Shown: positions 40,891 through 49,614 of the stretch, piece after piece
How positions within the stretch are numbered: the first letter of the stretch is position 1
How the letters are laid out: each line of letters begins with the position of its first letter
IMG/VR virus record: IMGVR_UViG_3300042465_001424
Coordinates: 1 to 52,946 of that record
Reading direction: 5' to 3' (one strand)
Source of the DNA: a virus
Lineage: Duplodnaviria > Caudoviricetes
DNA length: 52,946 nt
Made by a program: the position numbers and the translations under genes
The notes under the pieces: generated by a model
Seen by the model: the letters and a program-made list of their open reading frames with translations, nothing else
What the model was told of the DNA's origin: nothing
Databases searched by the model: none

Positions 40891-41287
40891 CCGGGTGTCT
40901 AAAGTTTAAATGTCCGTTGGCTGTGTCAGATATAAATCTTATTGGTTCATCTATAGTAAATGAATAATGATCACCACGACCATTCCCAGGCTTCGAACGG
41001 TTCTTTTTTTTTACACGAATTTCAAATGCATCTATAACATCTATTTCGTTCAGTTCTTTTAGCAATGCTTTTTCTTCACGCAATGTAGATATTTCCTCTT
41101 TTAAACGCTGAAGATATAATGTAGCATCCATTAACTCTTCTTGCAAATGATTTAGCCAAACAAATACATCAGATTGATCATTACGCAATGTTTTACCGTA
41201 TTTTTTAAATCCAACATCAGATCTATCTACAAATTTATTTACTACAGATTGTACAACAGGATCTCTAAACTTAATTTCTTGTTTCAT
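40877..41287 (-). CDS. All-alpha NTP pyrophosphohydrolase-like protein
   Basis: GFKKYG...WLNHLQEELMDATLY (EExxD motif). Confidence 0.55.
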   Translation of the reverse strand: MKQEIKFRDPVVQSVVNKFVDRSDVGFKKYGKTLRNDQSDVFVWLNHLQEELMDATLYLQRLKEEISTLREEKALLKELNEIDVIDAFEIRVKKKNRSKPGNGRGDHYSFTIDEPIRFISDTANGHLNFRHPDEEN

Positions 41288-41288
41288 A

Positions 41289-42104
41289 TTATAGTGTTTC
41301 TTTTACAAATGTACCGTTAACCATTTTGCCCTTACGGCTTGAAATTACTGAATAAGCTGATGTAACACAGTCTTCAATTTTTAATCCTTCTAACGCAGCT
41401 AGATTAGTTAATACAACAACCATATCGCCAATAGCATCAATGAATTCTGGTTTGTCATTTTTTAAGATTGCTCTTGCTAGTTCGCCAGATTCTTCTAATA
41501 GTTTTATATATTGCGTTTTAGTATCGCCATTTTTATATATACCTCTAGTTTCAGCCCACAATCTAATAAGATCATAAACATTGCCAGGATCAAAATAACT
41601 ATTATCTTTTTCGGGTTGAGGCTTATGCTCTATAGCCATTGATTTTTTGCCTAATGATTGTGCAAATTCATCTAATGCTTTATTATATACGTAAGATCTA
41701 GCCGGGTTAAACATAGAAGTACTAGCATTTTTAGTTATCCATTCTGCCAAATCATCTGTTAAAACATATTTGCCAAAACCAGTTTCTATTTTAATTCCTT
41801 TGTTGTCCATTAGATTGCCCTTAAGTTTATTAACTGGACATGGAAAAGTTGTTGTTTGTTCTGTTACGTTTAATACCATTTTATTTAATTGTTTTTGAGT
41901 TAAATTCTTATAAGATTGCCTATCTATTTTATAACCGTAGATAGATTGAAGTTCTAGTTCTCGATCTGATATATAATTTATATCATCACTAGTCTCTAAA
42001 ACTTCATATTCATGTTCTTTATAGCCTTGCTCACGCGTAACCCTTTTATTAAGATTACGTGTAACGCCGATCTTTTTACCAAAAATGTGATAGAGAAAAT
42101 ACAT
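41289..42104 (-). CDS. GIY-YIG-like + MazG-like fusion protein
   Basis: N-terminal YFLYH..KIGVTRNLNKR. C-terminal KLLEESGEL...DAIGD MazG motif. Confidence 0.7.
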   Translation of the reverse strand: MYFLYHIFGKKIGVTRNLNKRVTREQGYKEHEYEVLETSDDINYISDRELELQSIYGYKIDRQSYKNLTQKQLNKMVLNVTEQTTTFPCPVNKLKGNLMDNKGIKIETGFGKYVLTDDLAEWITKNASTSMFNPARSYVYNKALDEFAQSLGKKSMAIEHKPQPEKDNSYFDPGNVYDLIRLWAETRGIYKNGDTKTQYIKLLEESGELARAILKNDKPEFIDAIGDMVVVLTNLAALEGLKIEDCVTSAYSVISSRKGKMVNGTFVKETL

Positions 42105-42112
42105 ATATTAGA

Positions 42113-42898
42113 TTAAATAGCCACTTTTGCTGAAATAATAGGGCCGTGTTTATAATTAAGCAGTGTTAATGCTCCGTTTTCGTAAATGTACTCTGGAAGG
42201 TCAAAAGTTTCTTGTTCAAAATATTTGCGTATAGCATCATGTTGATTGTCATAAATATGTGCATCTACAATCTGAACTTCCAATAAATTAGCTTTTAAGT
42301 TTACTTTTTCAGAAACATACAAAAGTATCTTAGTAAACAAAGCAATATCATAAGGTATGCCTAAAAATAAATCCCCCGATCTTTGTACAACAAACATATT
42401 AAGTTTGCCGTTATTCACAAAGAATTGGAAATATAAATAACATGGAGGCAATCGCATTTGATCTAATTGAGCAGGATTCCATAAACTTATGATGTGTCTA
42501 CGACTGTCTGGATCGTCAATTAAATTTTTAATAAGCATTTGCATCTGATCTATATTTTGATCGTTAAAATTGCGCATTTGATGCCCATAAACGGGTCCAA
42601 GATCTCCATTCTCATCAGCCCAAGCGTCCCATATCTTTACCCCTGCATCTCTGAATCTTTGTATATTAGTTTCGCCATTAATAAACCATTCAAATTCTGT
42701 ATCAAAAGTTTTTTGAAACATCTTTCTACCGGTTATAACAGGAAAGTATTTTGATACATCTAATTTTAAAGACGCATTGAATATGGAACTACATCCAATA
42801 CCTGTGCGATCGTCCCGATGAACACTTGAAAAAAAACACCTCTGTAATAAAGCTTTGTATTGAAATTCGTATCTTTCCATCATATTAAAATAATTCAT
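42113..42898 (-). CDS. thyA: Thymidylate synthase
   Basis: DRTGIG, LGPVYG, SRRHI, LPPC, QRSGDLFLGIPY, HIY. Confidence 0.95.
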   Translation of the reverse strand: MNYFNMMERYEFQYKALLQRCFFSSVHRDDRTGIGCSSIFNASLKLDVSKYFPVITGRKMFQKTFDTEFEWFINGETNIQRFRDAGVKIWDAWADENGDLGPVYGHQMRNFNDQNIDQMQMLIKNLIDDPDSRRHIISLWNPAQLDQMRLPPCYLYFQFFVNNGKLNMFVVQRSGDLFLGIPYDIALFTKILLYVSEKVNLKANLLEVQIVDAHIYDNQHDAIRKYFEQETFDLPEYIYENGALTLLNYKHGPIISAKVAI

Positions 42899-43217
42899 TA
42901 TCTAATGATTGTTTTTTTACTTTTGTTTCTTTCTTTGGAATAACAAGCATAGGCTCTATCTTTATATCATTGTTATATTTGTTATAATAATAAAGATAAA
43001 ATCTATACATTTGTTTCCATACATCAATCTTTTTATAAGTTGATGGGCTCAGACTTGATTTGCCATTCATTGTAATGCAAATGTACCATTCTAATGTAGA
43101 ATTTGCATAAGGAGCTATATAAATACCATTATCAATGCACCATTTAAAAGCGCTGAACTCTGATGGGTTAGCTGTATAATTGCCCATGTCTATTTGGGAT
43201 TTCTTTTTATAACCCAT
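42885..43217 (-). CDS. Hypothetical protein
   Basis: 110-aa ORF in the operon. Confidence 0.6.
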   Translation of the reverse strand: MGYKKKSQIDMGNYTANPSEFSAFKWCIDNGIYIAPYANSTLEWYICITMNGKSSLSPSTYKKIDVWKQMYRFYLYYYNKYNNDIKIEPMLVIPKKETKVKKQSLDNELF

Positions 43218-44921
43218 TTATTCCCAAGGCATTTTTTCTTCAGAACTTATTGCCGGTATATGAGGGATAAAACAACCTGACGCTGGTTCCCATTTAAAAT
43301 GGCATTCAGCCCCATTCTCACCTAAGTTTTGAAACTTACATTTAAGAATCTTTACTTTAACAGTTTTGTCTTCATAGTTTCTGTGAACTAATAAACCATG
43401 ATAAGATGCATCGTACCATTCGCCGCCGCCTTTAATATTGTACATTGTAGGCTCTTCAATATTACCTTTTGAATCTTTGTACATTTTAGTAGGGTGAGCT
43501 ACAATCATAACTAGTACGTCATACTTCTTAGCAAAGATTTCTATCTGGCTTAAGTACTCTAATGTATAAACATTGACATCGCCAGAGGCATCTGCAGATC
43601 TTACTTTGTTAAATGGATCAATGACTAAGCATTTAATTCCTTTACGTTTAACTAGCTCAGCTCCTTTACGTAATACAGATTCTAATGTATAACGTTCCAT
43701 GTCAATAAAGAAATAATTATCATTAACATGATCCGCTACTTGATTCCACTTTTCAGTTTTAATATCTTCAACTCCCGGCATGCCTTGCCATGTTTTACGC
43801 ATTAACTTATGAGCATGCAAATATGTTGGATGATTCTCTGGAGAAGCATAAGCAGTTTTCCAACCATACTTCTCATTATAACCAACAACCATTTGATCTA
43901 CAAAATCAGATTTACCACTGCTGGGTATACCAGTAACAGTAATAAACTGGCTAGTATAAGTTGAAAAAATACTATCAAAATTATCCAACCCAACTTGGAA
44001 ACCTGGTTTAAAACCATTTCGCACAAAGTCCGTGACTTCATCTTCAATGTCTCTGAATGTGGTAACGTTTTCAAGCGGTACAGGCTTTGATCTTGATATT
44101 CTTTGTGATAATGCTTCTTTGCCGTATTTAATTAAGTATTCGTTTGCATCTTTACAATCATCAAACGTTGCAATATAACAAGTTTCTGATCCTAGTCTTC
44201 TTACTAATTCAGTCTGCAAAGCTTGACCAGCCGCGTCTGAATCAACTGCAATAATAATCTTTGTTTTGTCTTCAAAATAATCAATACAATTATCTAAGTA
44301 CTCAAGATTGTTTGTGCCTAATGTTGCGCCGTTTGGAACAGATATTGCATTAGTGATTCCTGCTTCATGTAATGCTAACACGTCCATTTCGCCTTCAACA
44401 ATTACACAATATTCAAATCCTACAATGCTGTTAATATTATAGAATACTTTTTCAGCTCCCTTGAATAATTTAAAATGCTTGTGTCCATCTCTGTATTTTA
44501 CATTGATAAGTTGATCGCCAATGAAATAATTGAAATGTATAGCATTTTCAGTCTTACCAGTTTGAGGCATAAATTCAGGCCCCTCTGTAACTTGTAACTC
44601 TGTTAATGTTTGCTCTGATATTCCTCTACTATTAAACCATTCAACAACTTTTGAAGTAGCCGGAAGTAAAAGCGATGTTGGTCTAACATAAACTTTTTCG
44701 CTTGCTCCTTTACGTTGATAGGTATGTAATTGAAAAGTCTTACTACAGTTGTGACAAGTTCCTATACCACGTTCCCAGTCATAAGAAGCACACTTTGCTT
44801 TCTCATTCTTAGGTTTTCTGTCTGGCGAGCATATTGGACAAATGCCTTGAGACTTTCCTTCTTCAAGCTTATGTTGATTGAATTGGTCAATCAAAAAACC
44901 ATTTATCTCTGTTGTTTGCAT
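43218..44921 (-). CDS. Primase-helicase (T7 gp4/Twinkle-like)
   Basis: CPIC...CHNC zinc finger, TOPRIM EGEMD and DSD, Walker A GIPSSGKS, VIDP, AHP. Confidence 0.92.
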   Translation of the reverse strand: MQTTEINGFLIDQFNQHKLEEGKSQGICPICSPDRKPKNEKAKCASYDWERGIGTCHNCSKTFQLHTYQRKGASEKVYVRPTSLLLPATSKVVEWFNSRGISEQTLTELQVTEGPEFMPQTGKTENAIHFNYFIGDQLINVKYRDGHKHFKLFKGAEKVFYNINSIVGFEYCVIVEGEMDVLALHEAGITNAISVPNGATLGTNNLEYLDNCIDYFEDKTKIIIAVDSDAAGQALQTELVRRLGSETCYIATFDDCKDANEYLIKYGKEALSQRISRSKPVPLENVTTFRDIEDEVTDFVRNGFKPGFQVGLDNFDSIFSTYTSQFITVTGIPSSGKSDFVDQMVVGYNEKYGWKTAYASPENHPTYLHAHKLMRKTWQGMPGVEDIKTEKWNQVADHVNDNYFFIDMERYTLESVLRKGAELVKRKGIKCLVIDPFNKVRSADASGDVNVYTLEYLSQIEIFAKKYDVLVMIVAHPTKMYKDSKGNIEEPTMYNIKGGGEWYDASYHGLLVHRNYEDKTVKVKILKCKFQNLGENGAECHFKWEPASGCFIPHIPAISSEEKMPWE

Positions 44922-44946
44922 TTATTTAATTTAATTGTTACATATA

Positions 44947-44980
44947 TATTATCAAATTACAATCGTGTTTAGATTGTAAG
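44947..44980 (-). promoter_or_regulatory. Class A promoter-like repeat, copy 1
   Basis: TTACA-atct-AAACACGAT-tgtaatt-TGATAATA upstream of the primase-helicase. Confidence 0.75.
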
Positions 44981-44999
44981 AACTACTTATTCTAGATAG

Positions 45000-45022
45000 A
45001 AAAACCCCAATTAATGGGGTTT
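45000..45022 (-). terminator. Rho-independent terminator
   Basis: AAACCCCA-ttaat-TGGGGTTTTT on the - strand, just upstream of class A copy 1. Confidence 0.7.
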
Positions 45023-45034
45023 AACTAACTACAA

Positions 45035-45130
45035 AAAGCTGTCCAGACTAGATCCTACTTTCGCTGTCTAGAGTTCGTCCTGCTTTAAAAAAAAGACTTA
45101 TATGCTGATCTTACGGTAAGCATTATAAGT
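45035..45130 (-). ncRNA. Candidate structured RNA (two hairpins)
   Basis: Stem ACTTATAATGCT...AGCATATAAGT and stem AAAGC/TCTAGAC...GTCTGGA/GCTTT. The G-U pairing works on the - strand. Confidence 0.35.
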
Positions 45131-45147
45131 ACAATTATATTTTAGAA

Positions 45148-45690
45148 CTATCCTATATAGTTATCGCTTTTTCTCAAATTGTCTATTGCGAATAAAGGTT
45201 GGATATTTGAATAATGTGAATATATAAATAACTCTTCATTAGTTTTACACCAACTTAAAGGAACTATATGATCCAAATGCCATTCACTCATGTTATCCCA
45301 ACTCATTCCATTAACAAATTTTGATTCTATATATTTAAAAAATTCAGTATGAGAACAACCTAATAACGTACTAGAATTTACTCTTTTGTTTAATAAAGAA
45401 TATGCGGCTGTTCTTATTCTATGCTTTAATTTCCTAGCCGGATCTTGCATTTTTTTTCTATTAGCATCCTTATAGTTTAATCTAGCATATTTTTCTCTAC
45501 CTCTTTGCTGTTCAGCTTTTACAAAGCGTGGATCACCTATACGTTCTTCGTAATTTTTAGATCGTTGTATTTTTACACACACTTTGCATCTGTGTAACAC
45601 GCCGTGCTCACCGGATGTATGCTTATAAAAATTAGATAAACTTAGTGTATTTTTACACCCTATACATTCTATTTCCATGTTTGTAATCAC
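45148..45690 (-). CDS. HNH endonuclease
   Basis: N-terminal CxxC...CxxC. C-terminal WHLDHIVP...HYSNIQPL...NLRK. Confidence 0.85.
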   Translation of the reverse strand: MITNMEIECIGCKNTLSLSNFYKHTSGEHGVLHRCKVCVKIQRSKNYEERIGDPRFVKAEQQRGREKYARLNYKDANRKKMQDPARKLKHRIRTAAYSLLNKRVNSSTLLGCSHTEFFKYIESKFVNGMSWDNMSEWHLDHIVPLSWCKTNEELFIYSHYSNIQPLFAIDNLRKSDNYIG

Positions 45691-45696
45691 TTAAAG

Positions 45697-46011
45697 TTAA
45701 AAAGGGAGATCGAAATCAGGAGCAGGAGCTCGTTGTGCAGGTTGTGATTGTCCACCATCAGTTCTTGGAGCAACTGCAACGTTGTCTCCATTCGTCCATA
45801 CTACTTTTACATTTCCAAGATAAACTTTTGCTGCTTTCGCGTCACGTTCTTCTTTTGATTGTTCTACTAAAATTGGACCTTGATTTCCAAATTGATCAAC
45901 TTCGTCATTAATTGTAATTGTAATTGGTAAGTACTTTCCTTTAGCACCATCAATAATTTTGTGCTTAGGAATTTGATTTAAATTTATGGATGCTTTCAAT
46001 ATTGTAGCCAT
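45697..46011 (-). CDS. Putative single-stranded DNA-binding protein
   Basis: 104 aa, GAKGKY and YLGN motifs, flexible tail ending DFDLPF. Confidence 0.7.
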   Translation of the reverse strand: MATILKASINLNQIPKHKIIDGAKGKYLPITITINDEVDQFGNQGPILVEQSKEERDAKAAKVYLGNVKVVWTNGDNVAVAPRTDGGQSQPAQRAPAPDFDLPF

Positions 46012-46015
46012 TTTT

Positions 46016-46375
46016 TTATAGTTTTAATTGATTATTATTAGTTAAATAGTTCACTGCTTTTAATACTCCTTCAAGATTATCACCTAAAAATCCAATACCA
46101 GAATTACAAGACATACATAGTATTCCTCTTATGTTATTTGTTTCATGGCAATGATCAATATATGTTGATCTCTTATCAAGTATTTCTTTACTGCAACAAT
46201 GGCAATTAGTACTATCCATCAATGATTGGGCTTGATCTAATGTTATTTTATAATTCCTTGCTCTTGATGATAAACATTCGCAAGCTTTACATCTTGATTT
46301 TAATCTACCCGTATCTGTTCTATTATAGAACTCTGTTAATGGTAATTCTAATTTGCAATAGGTGCATGCTTTCAT
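46016..46375 (-). CDS. Endonuclease VII-family protein
   Basis: CHCC...IDHCH...RGILCMSCNSGIG. Confidence 0.85.
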   Translation of the reverse strand: MKACTYCKLELPLTEFYNRTDTGRLKSRCKACECLSSRARNYKITLDQAQSLMDSTNCHCCSKEILDKRSTYIDHCHETNNIRGILCMSCNSGIGFLGDNLEGVLKAVNYLTNNNQLKL

Positions 46376-46376
46376 A

Positions 46377-47108
46377 TTATAATGTTCGAGTTACTAAAAA
46401 TTGGTTAGGATCGAAATCCTCTGTTTTATAAAATAAGTCGTAAGCTTCTACAGCTCGCATAACTTTGTCTTCTCCATTTTGTAAGAATTTATCTGAACAA
46501 TCAAATATTCCTATCTGATGTGTACCTTTGTCTATAGCCATAAAAATCATATCATATCCAAACAGTTTTTTATAAATGTATGCTTGACTATCATAATTAT
46601 ATTTCTTAGCTGAATAAGCAAAGTCTGTTATGTTAGAAGTTGTTTTAAGATCTACAATCAATCCTTCATCATGATTTATAATATCTGCTTTACCTTTCCA
46701 CATTGCTCCGAATAATTCAACAATACCTGGAACTTCATACTCAACATTAAATCCTCTTATAAGATCTTTACAAATATTGTTCGCAAGCATTGTATCCTTC
46801 ATTAATTCAATTCGGTCAGCTTCGTGTTGTAGCAGACATATTTCACCTCCAGATGCTTCTTTGTATATATTTGTATTCCTAGTTGATGCTTTGATAATTT
46901 TGTATTTATCTAGTTTATCAGGTTCAAGTATGGCGGTGTGAAAATAACCGCCAATTACAAAGTTAGGATTAGGATCTTGTGGAGCATTCATTAACGCAGG
47001 ATTAGTAAGCAATGCAGATATGTTTGAGTTGCTTAGAAAATTGCGGCCGAATGTTCCATAATAATCTTCATCGTTTTTTAACTTCTCTAGTATTTCTTCT
47101 TTAGTCAT
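46377..47108 (-). CDS. RecE/Exonuclease VIII-like PD-(D/E)xK exonuclease
   Basis: LSNSNI, FHTAILEP, KGKAD, VDLKTT, YDSQAYIY. Confidence 0.8.
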   Translation of the reverse strand: MTKEEILEKLKNDEDYYGTFGRNFLSNSNISALLTNPALMNAPQDPNPNFVIGGYFHTAILEPDKLDKYKIIKASTRNTNIYKEASGGEICLLQHEADRIELMKDTMLANNICKDLIRGFNVEYEVPGIVELFGAMWKGKADIINHDEGLIVDLKTTSNITDFAYSAKKYNYDSQAYIYKKLFGYDMIFMAIDKGTHQIGIFDCSDKFLQNGEDKVMRAVEAYDLFYKTEDFDPNQFLVTRTL

Positions 47109-47109
47109 A

Positions 47110-47658
47110 CTATAGTTTAGATAAGATTAATTCTGCCTCTTCAGATAATGTATACTTAGCTTTGATTGTATCAAGTTTACCGCCTGTAGTTACAAACTGT
47201 AATGCTTTGTCAAACGCTGCATCACTTACATCAAGTTTTGCTTTTGCAACAGGTTCTGCTTTACCATGATCCGCGTCTTGAGTATCATCAATTAAGAATA
47301 GATTCCCTAATGCATACTTCTTACCATAACTTGACGCTGAACCAAACTTCTGGGGCATTTGCATTCCTTTTTGATCAAGATCAACCCCAACTATAGCTAC
47401 AGCATGTATAGCACTATCTCCATCGGAAATTGTTGCTGTAGACTTTAGTATAGGGAATAATTGATTTGATTCTACAAGTTCTTCGGTTACAATAACTGAT
47501 ACGCCGAGTCTTAATAAAAATGGTTTAGTTGCTTCCAATATATCTTCTGCCGATCTAAAATTGTATTTTCCAAATGAATTAAACCTAGATTTTTTAGACT
47601 TAAATTCAGTCTGTATAATCGCTAGTTTTTCATTTAATGTTTGTTCTGTTTTTGCCAT
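47110..47658 (-). CDS. ERF-family single-strand annealing protein
   Basis: FGKYNFRSAEDIL and QKFGSASSYGKKYAL...DD. Confidence 0.85.
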   Translation of the reverse strand: MAKTEQTLNEKLAIIQTEFKSKKSRFNSFGKYNFRSAEDILEATKPFLLRLGVSVIVTEELVESNQLFPILKSTATISDGDSAIHAVAIVGVDLDQKGMQMPQKFGSASSYGKKYALGNLFLIDDTQDADHGKAEPVAKAKLDVSDAAFDKALQFVTTGGKLDTIKAKYTLSEEAELILSKL

Positions 47659-47685
47659 ATAATTTGATTTAATTGTTTAGTTTCT

Positions 47686-47710
47686 ATATTAATATAATTA
47701 CGTATTTTTT
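47686..47710 (-). promoter_or_regulatory. Candidate class B motif (TACGTAAT)
   Basis: AAAAAATACGTAATTATATTAATAT upstream of ERF. Shares AATACGTAAT with the 18875-18884 copy. Confidence 0.45.
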
Positions 47711-47728
47711 ATTTAATTTACATTTAAC

Positions 47729-48493
47729 TTATAGGTAATCAAGGACTTGAGAGGGTTCTACGTTGTCAATTAACTTTTTAATTGCTTGTTTTTTTATCTC
47801 TGAAATTCTTACATAAGCGCTTGCCCCTTCGATACCTAATTTATCCGCTATCTCATTTGCCGAATACTTATCACAGTCTAATCCATAACTTAATCTTAAT
47901 ACTTCATACTCACGTTCATTTAAGTGTTTAGTCAATAGACTCTTTAAATATAAATTCATAAGGTTTATATTATAAGGCTCAGTTTGATCCGGAATTTGAT
48001 AAAGCATGTTATCTTCGTCGTCATCATTAATCTGTTCATCGATGCTTAAGAATATGGAATTAAAAAACATTGCAACCATCGTATGGTCTTTGCCATTATC
48101 TTTTCTAATTTCATTTAGTTTATGTTCTGGAATCTTAATTGAGCCTCTATTAATATCAATAGCACGTCTAATTGAGCCTTTAATTCTTTTTGATAGAAAC
48201 GACTTAATAGTTTTTTCTTGATCAGTAGAAGCGTTTAATGTATCCCATTCAATTTTATCAACAGCTAGTATTAACCCCATAGATCCATGTTGCATAAGAT
48301 CCGTAATATCTAGTACTCCGCACGCTTGGGTTGTAGTTGAAAACTTCTTTGCAATATTCTCTACCAAAGGTAAAAACTTAGCAATAAGCCGGTCCCTTGG
48401 GTATGATTGAAAATCATTATTTAAACTATCTTTATTAGTTTGTTTAATATCTTCTTTGTATCTAATGTAATTTGGTATATTGTAACTTTTCAT
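47729..48493 (-). CDS. RNA polymerase sigma-70-family factor
   Basis: Region 2 (LPLVENIAKK...DLMQHGSMGLILAVDK...RIKGSIRRAI) and region 4 (LNEREYEVLRLSYGL...EIADKLG...RISEIKKQAIKKL). Confidence 0.9.
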   Translation of the reverse strand: MKSYNIPNYIRYKEDIKQTNKDSLNNDFQSYPRDRLIAKFLPLVENIAKKFSTTTQACGVLDITDLMQHGSMGLILAVDKIEWDTLNASTDQEKTIKSFLSKRIKGSIRRAIDINRGSIKIPEHKLNEIRKDNGKDHTMVAMFFNSIFLSIDEQINDDDEDNMLYQIPDQTEPYNINLMNLYLKSLLTKHLNEREYEVLRLSYGLDCDKYSANEIADKLGIEGASAYVRISEIKKQAIKKLIDNVEPSQVLDYL

Positions 48494-48494
48494 A

Positions 48495-48695
48495 TTAATT
48501 TCTATTTTGTTTTATATTATTTTTCCATTCAATCCAAAATCCAATTGCAACTATTATATTCATCCAAAACGATACAATAATTTCATAAATATCTTTATAT
48601 ATATTCATAGTTAAATGAACATGCCCAATAACCCAGAAAGGTATTGCTAAATTACTTGCAAACCAAGTTATAAAAAATGTTATAAATTGTTTCAT
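48495..48695 (-). CDS. Small membrane protein
   Basis: 66 aa with two hydrophobic segments. Confidence 0.55.
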   Translation of the reverse strand: MKQFITFFITWFASNLAIPFWVIGHVHLTMNIYKDIYEIIVSFWMNIIVAIGFWIEWKNNIKQNRN

Positions 48696-49312
48696 AAACT
48701 TTGGTTTAATAATTCTTTTTCTTTTTTTAATTCATTACCCATATTGCGATGTATAGTTCTTGGTGTACAATCAAAATGATCAGCTAATTTCTTAATTGTA
48801 ATCTTTTGATTCAGATCATGAGTGTATAGCATCGCATCATAAATATCAGATTCAGTAACACGCTTAGTTTTACCAATCATTTTTCCTACTATAGATAACT
48901 TCTCACTCAAAGTTAATTTACAGTTATCCTTAAATATAATCTTACGAGTTTTATTATGAGGAGGTTCATCAAGATCTTTCAAAGAAACATCATACATCAT
49001 GCTCTGCAATAATTGTTCACTAACATTAAATGTTACAAAACCATTTTGTTTATCACATATATGCCTTACTATTGTTTCAAACTCATCCTGATCTACATTA
49101 GGATTCAAATACCATATAACATACAAATGCCATTTCAATGCTTTATATGTTGGTATCTTAGCCTTGCTTCTAAATAGTTCATAACATTCAGTAGTACCAC
49201 TTTCATAGAAAGAACCCCATTCAAATGTTTCAGTTGGTTTATCATTAATTGGTCCACGTCTATATATCACTCTTCGCTTGTTTAAATATTCTATGTTACG
49301 ATTGTATGACAT
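48692..49312 (-). CDS. DNA-binding protein with C-terminal HTH
   Basis: ITIKKLADHFDCTPRTIHRNM helix-turn-helix. Confidence 0.65.
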   Translation of the reverse strand: MSYNRNIEYLNKRRVIYRRGPINDKPTETFEWGSFYESGTTECYELFRSKAKIPTYKALKWHLYVIWYLNPNVDQDEFETIVRHICDKQNGFVTFNVSEQLLQSMMYDVSLKDLDEPPHNKTRKIIFKDNCKLTLSEKLSIVGKMIGKTKRVTESDIYDAMLYTHDLNQKITIKKLADHFDCTPRTIHRNMGNELKKEKELLNQSL

Positions 49313-49351
49313 TAGCTTACTATTTTTTATATTAATTGGCTAGTGTCACAC
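49304..49351. repeat. 13-bp imperfect inverted repeat around a 22-bp AT-rich spacer
   Basis: GTATGACATTAGC ... GCTAGTGTCACAC (11/13 match), overlapping the HTH gene start codon. Confidence 0.65.
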
Positions 49352-49375
49352 TTTATATTACTCTAGTCCTAGTTG

Positions 49376-49609
49376 TTATTTTAAACTGGTTTTAAGTTTA
49401 TTTATTTTTTCTTGTATTTCAGCCATTTTTTCATATTGCTCTGCTTCTAAATAATCAGCCTTAACTAAATTCAACGCAACTATCTCTGCCAGTACAGCCT
49501 CGCGGTCTGTTGTAGTAATGTAATGAGTATTTTTATCCCATTCTTCTTGCTTTTTAAGCATCTTTTGAAATACTAATTCCGCAATTCGTTCCATTTGATA
49601 TTCTGTCAT
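49376..49609 (-). CDS. Small protein with UVR (UvrB/UvrC)-like motif
   Basis: C-terminal LEAEQYEKMAEIQEKINKL. Confidence 0.55.
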   Translation of the reverse strand: MTEYQMERIAELVFQKMLKKQEEWDKNTHYITTTDREAVLAEIVALNLVKADYLEAEQYEKMAEIQEKINKLKTSLK

Positions 49610-49614
49610 ATGTT

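Noticed and set aside
44957-44979. TTACAATC/GATTGTAA hairpin as the function of the class A repeat
   Set aside because: The palindrome exists only in copy 1. The other two copies conserve sequence and spacing but not the pairing.
45060-45100. Hammerhead ribozyme (AGGACGAAC resembles GGACGAAAC)
   Set aside because: The CUGAnGA core is missing and the GAAA element is incomplete.
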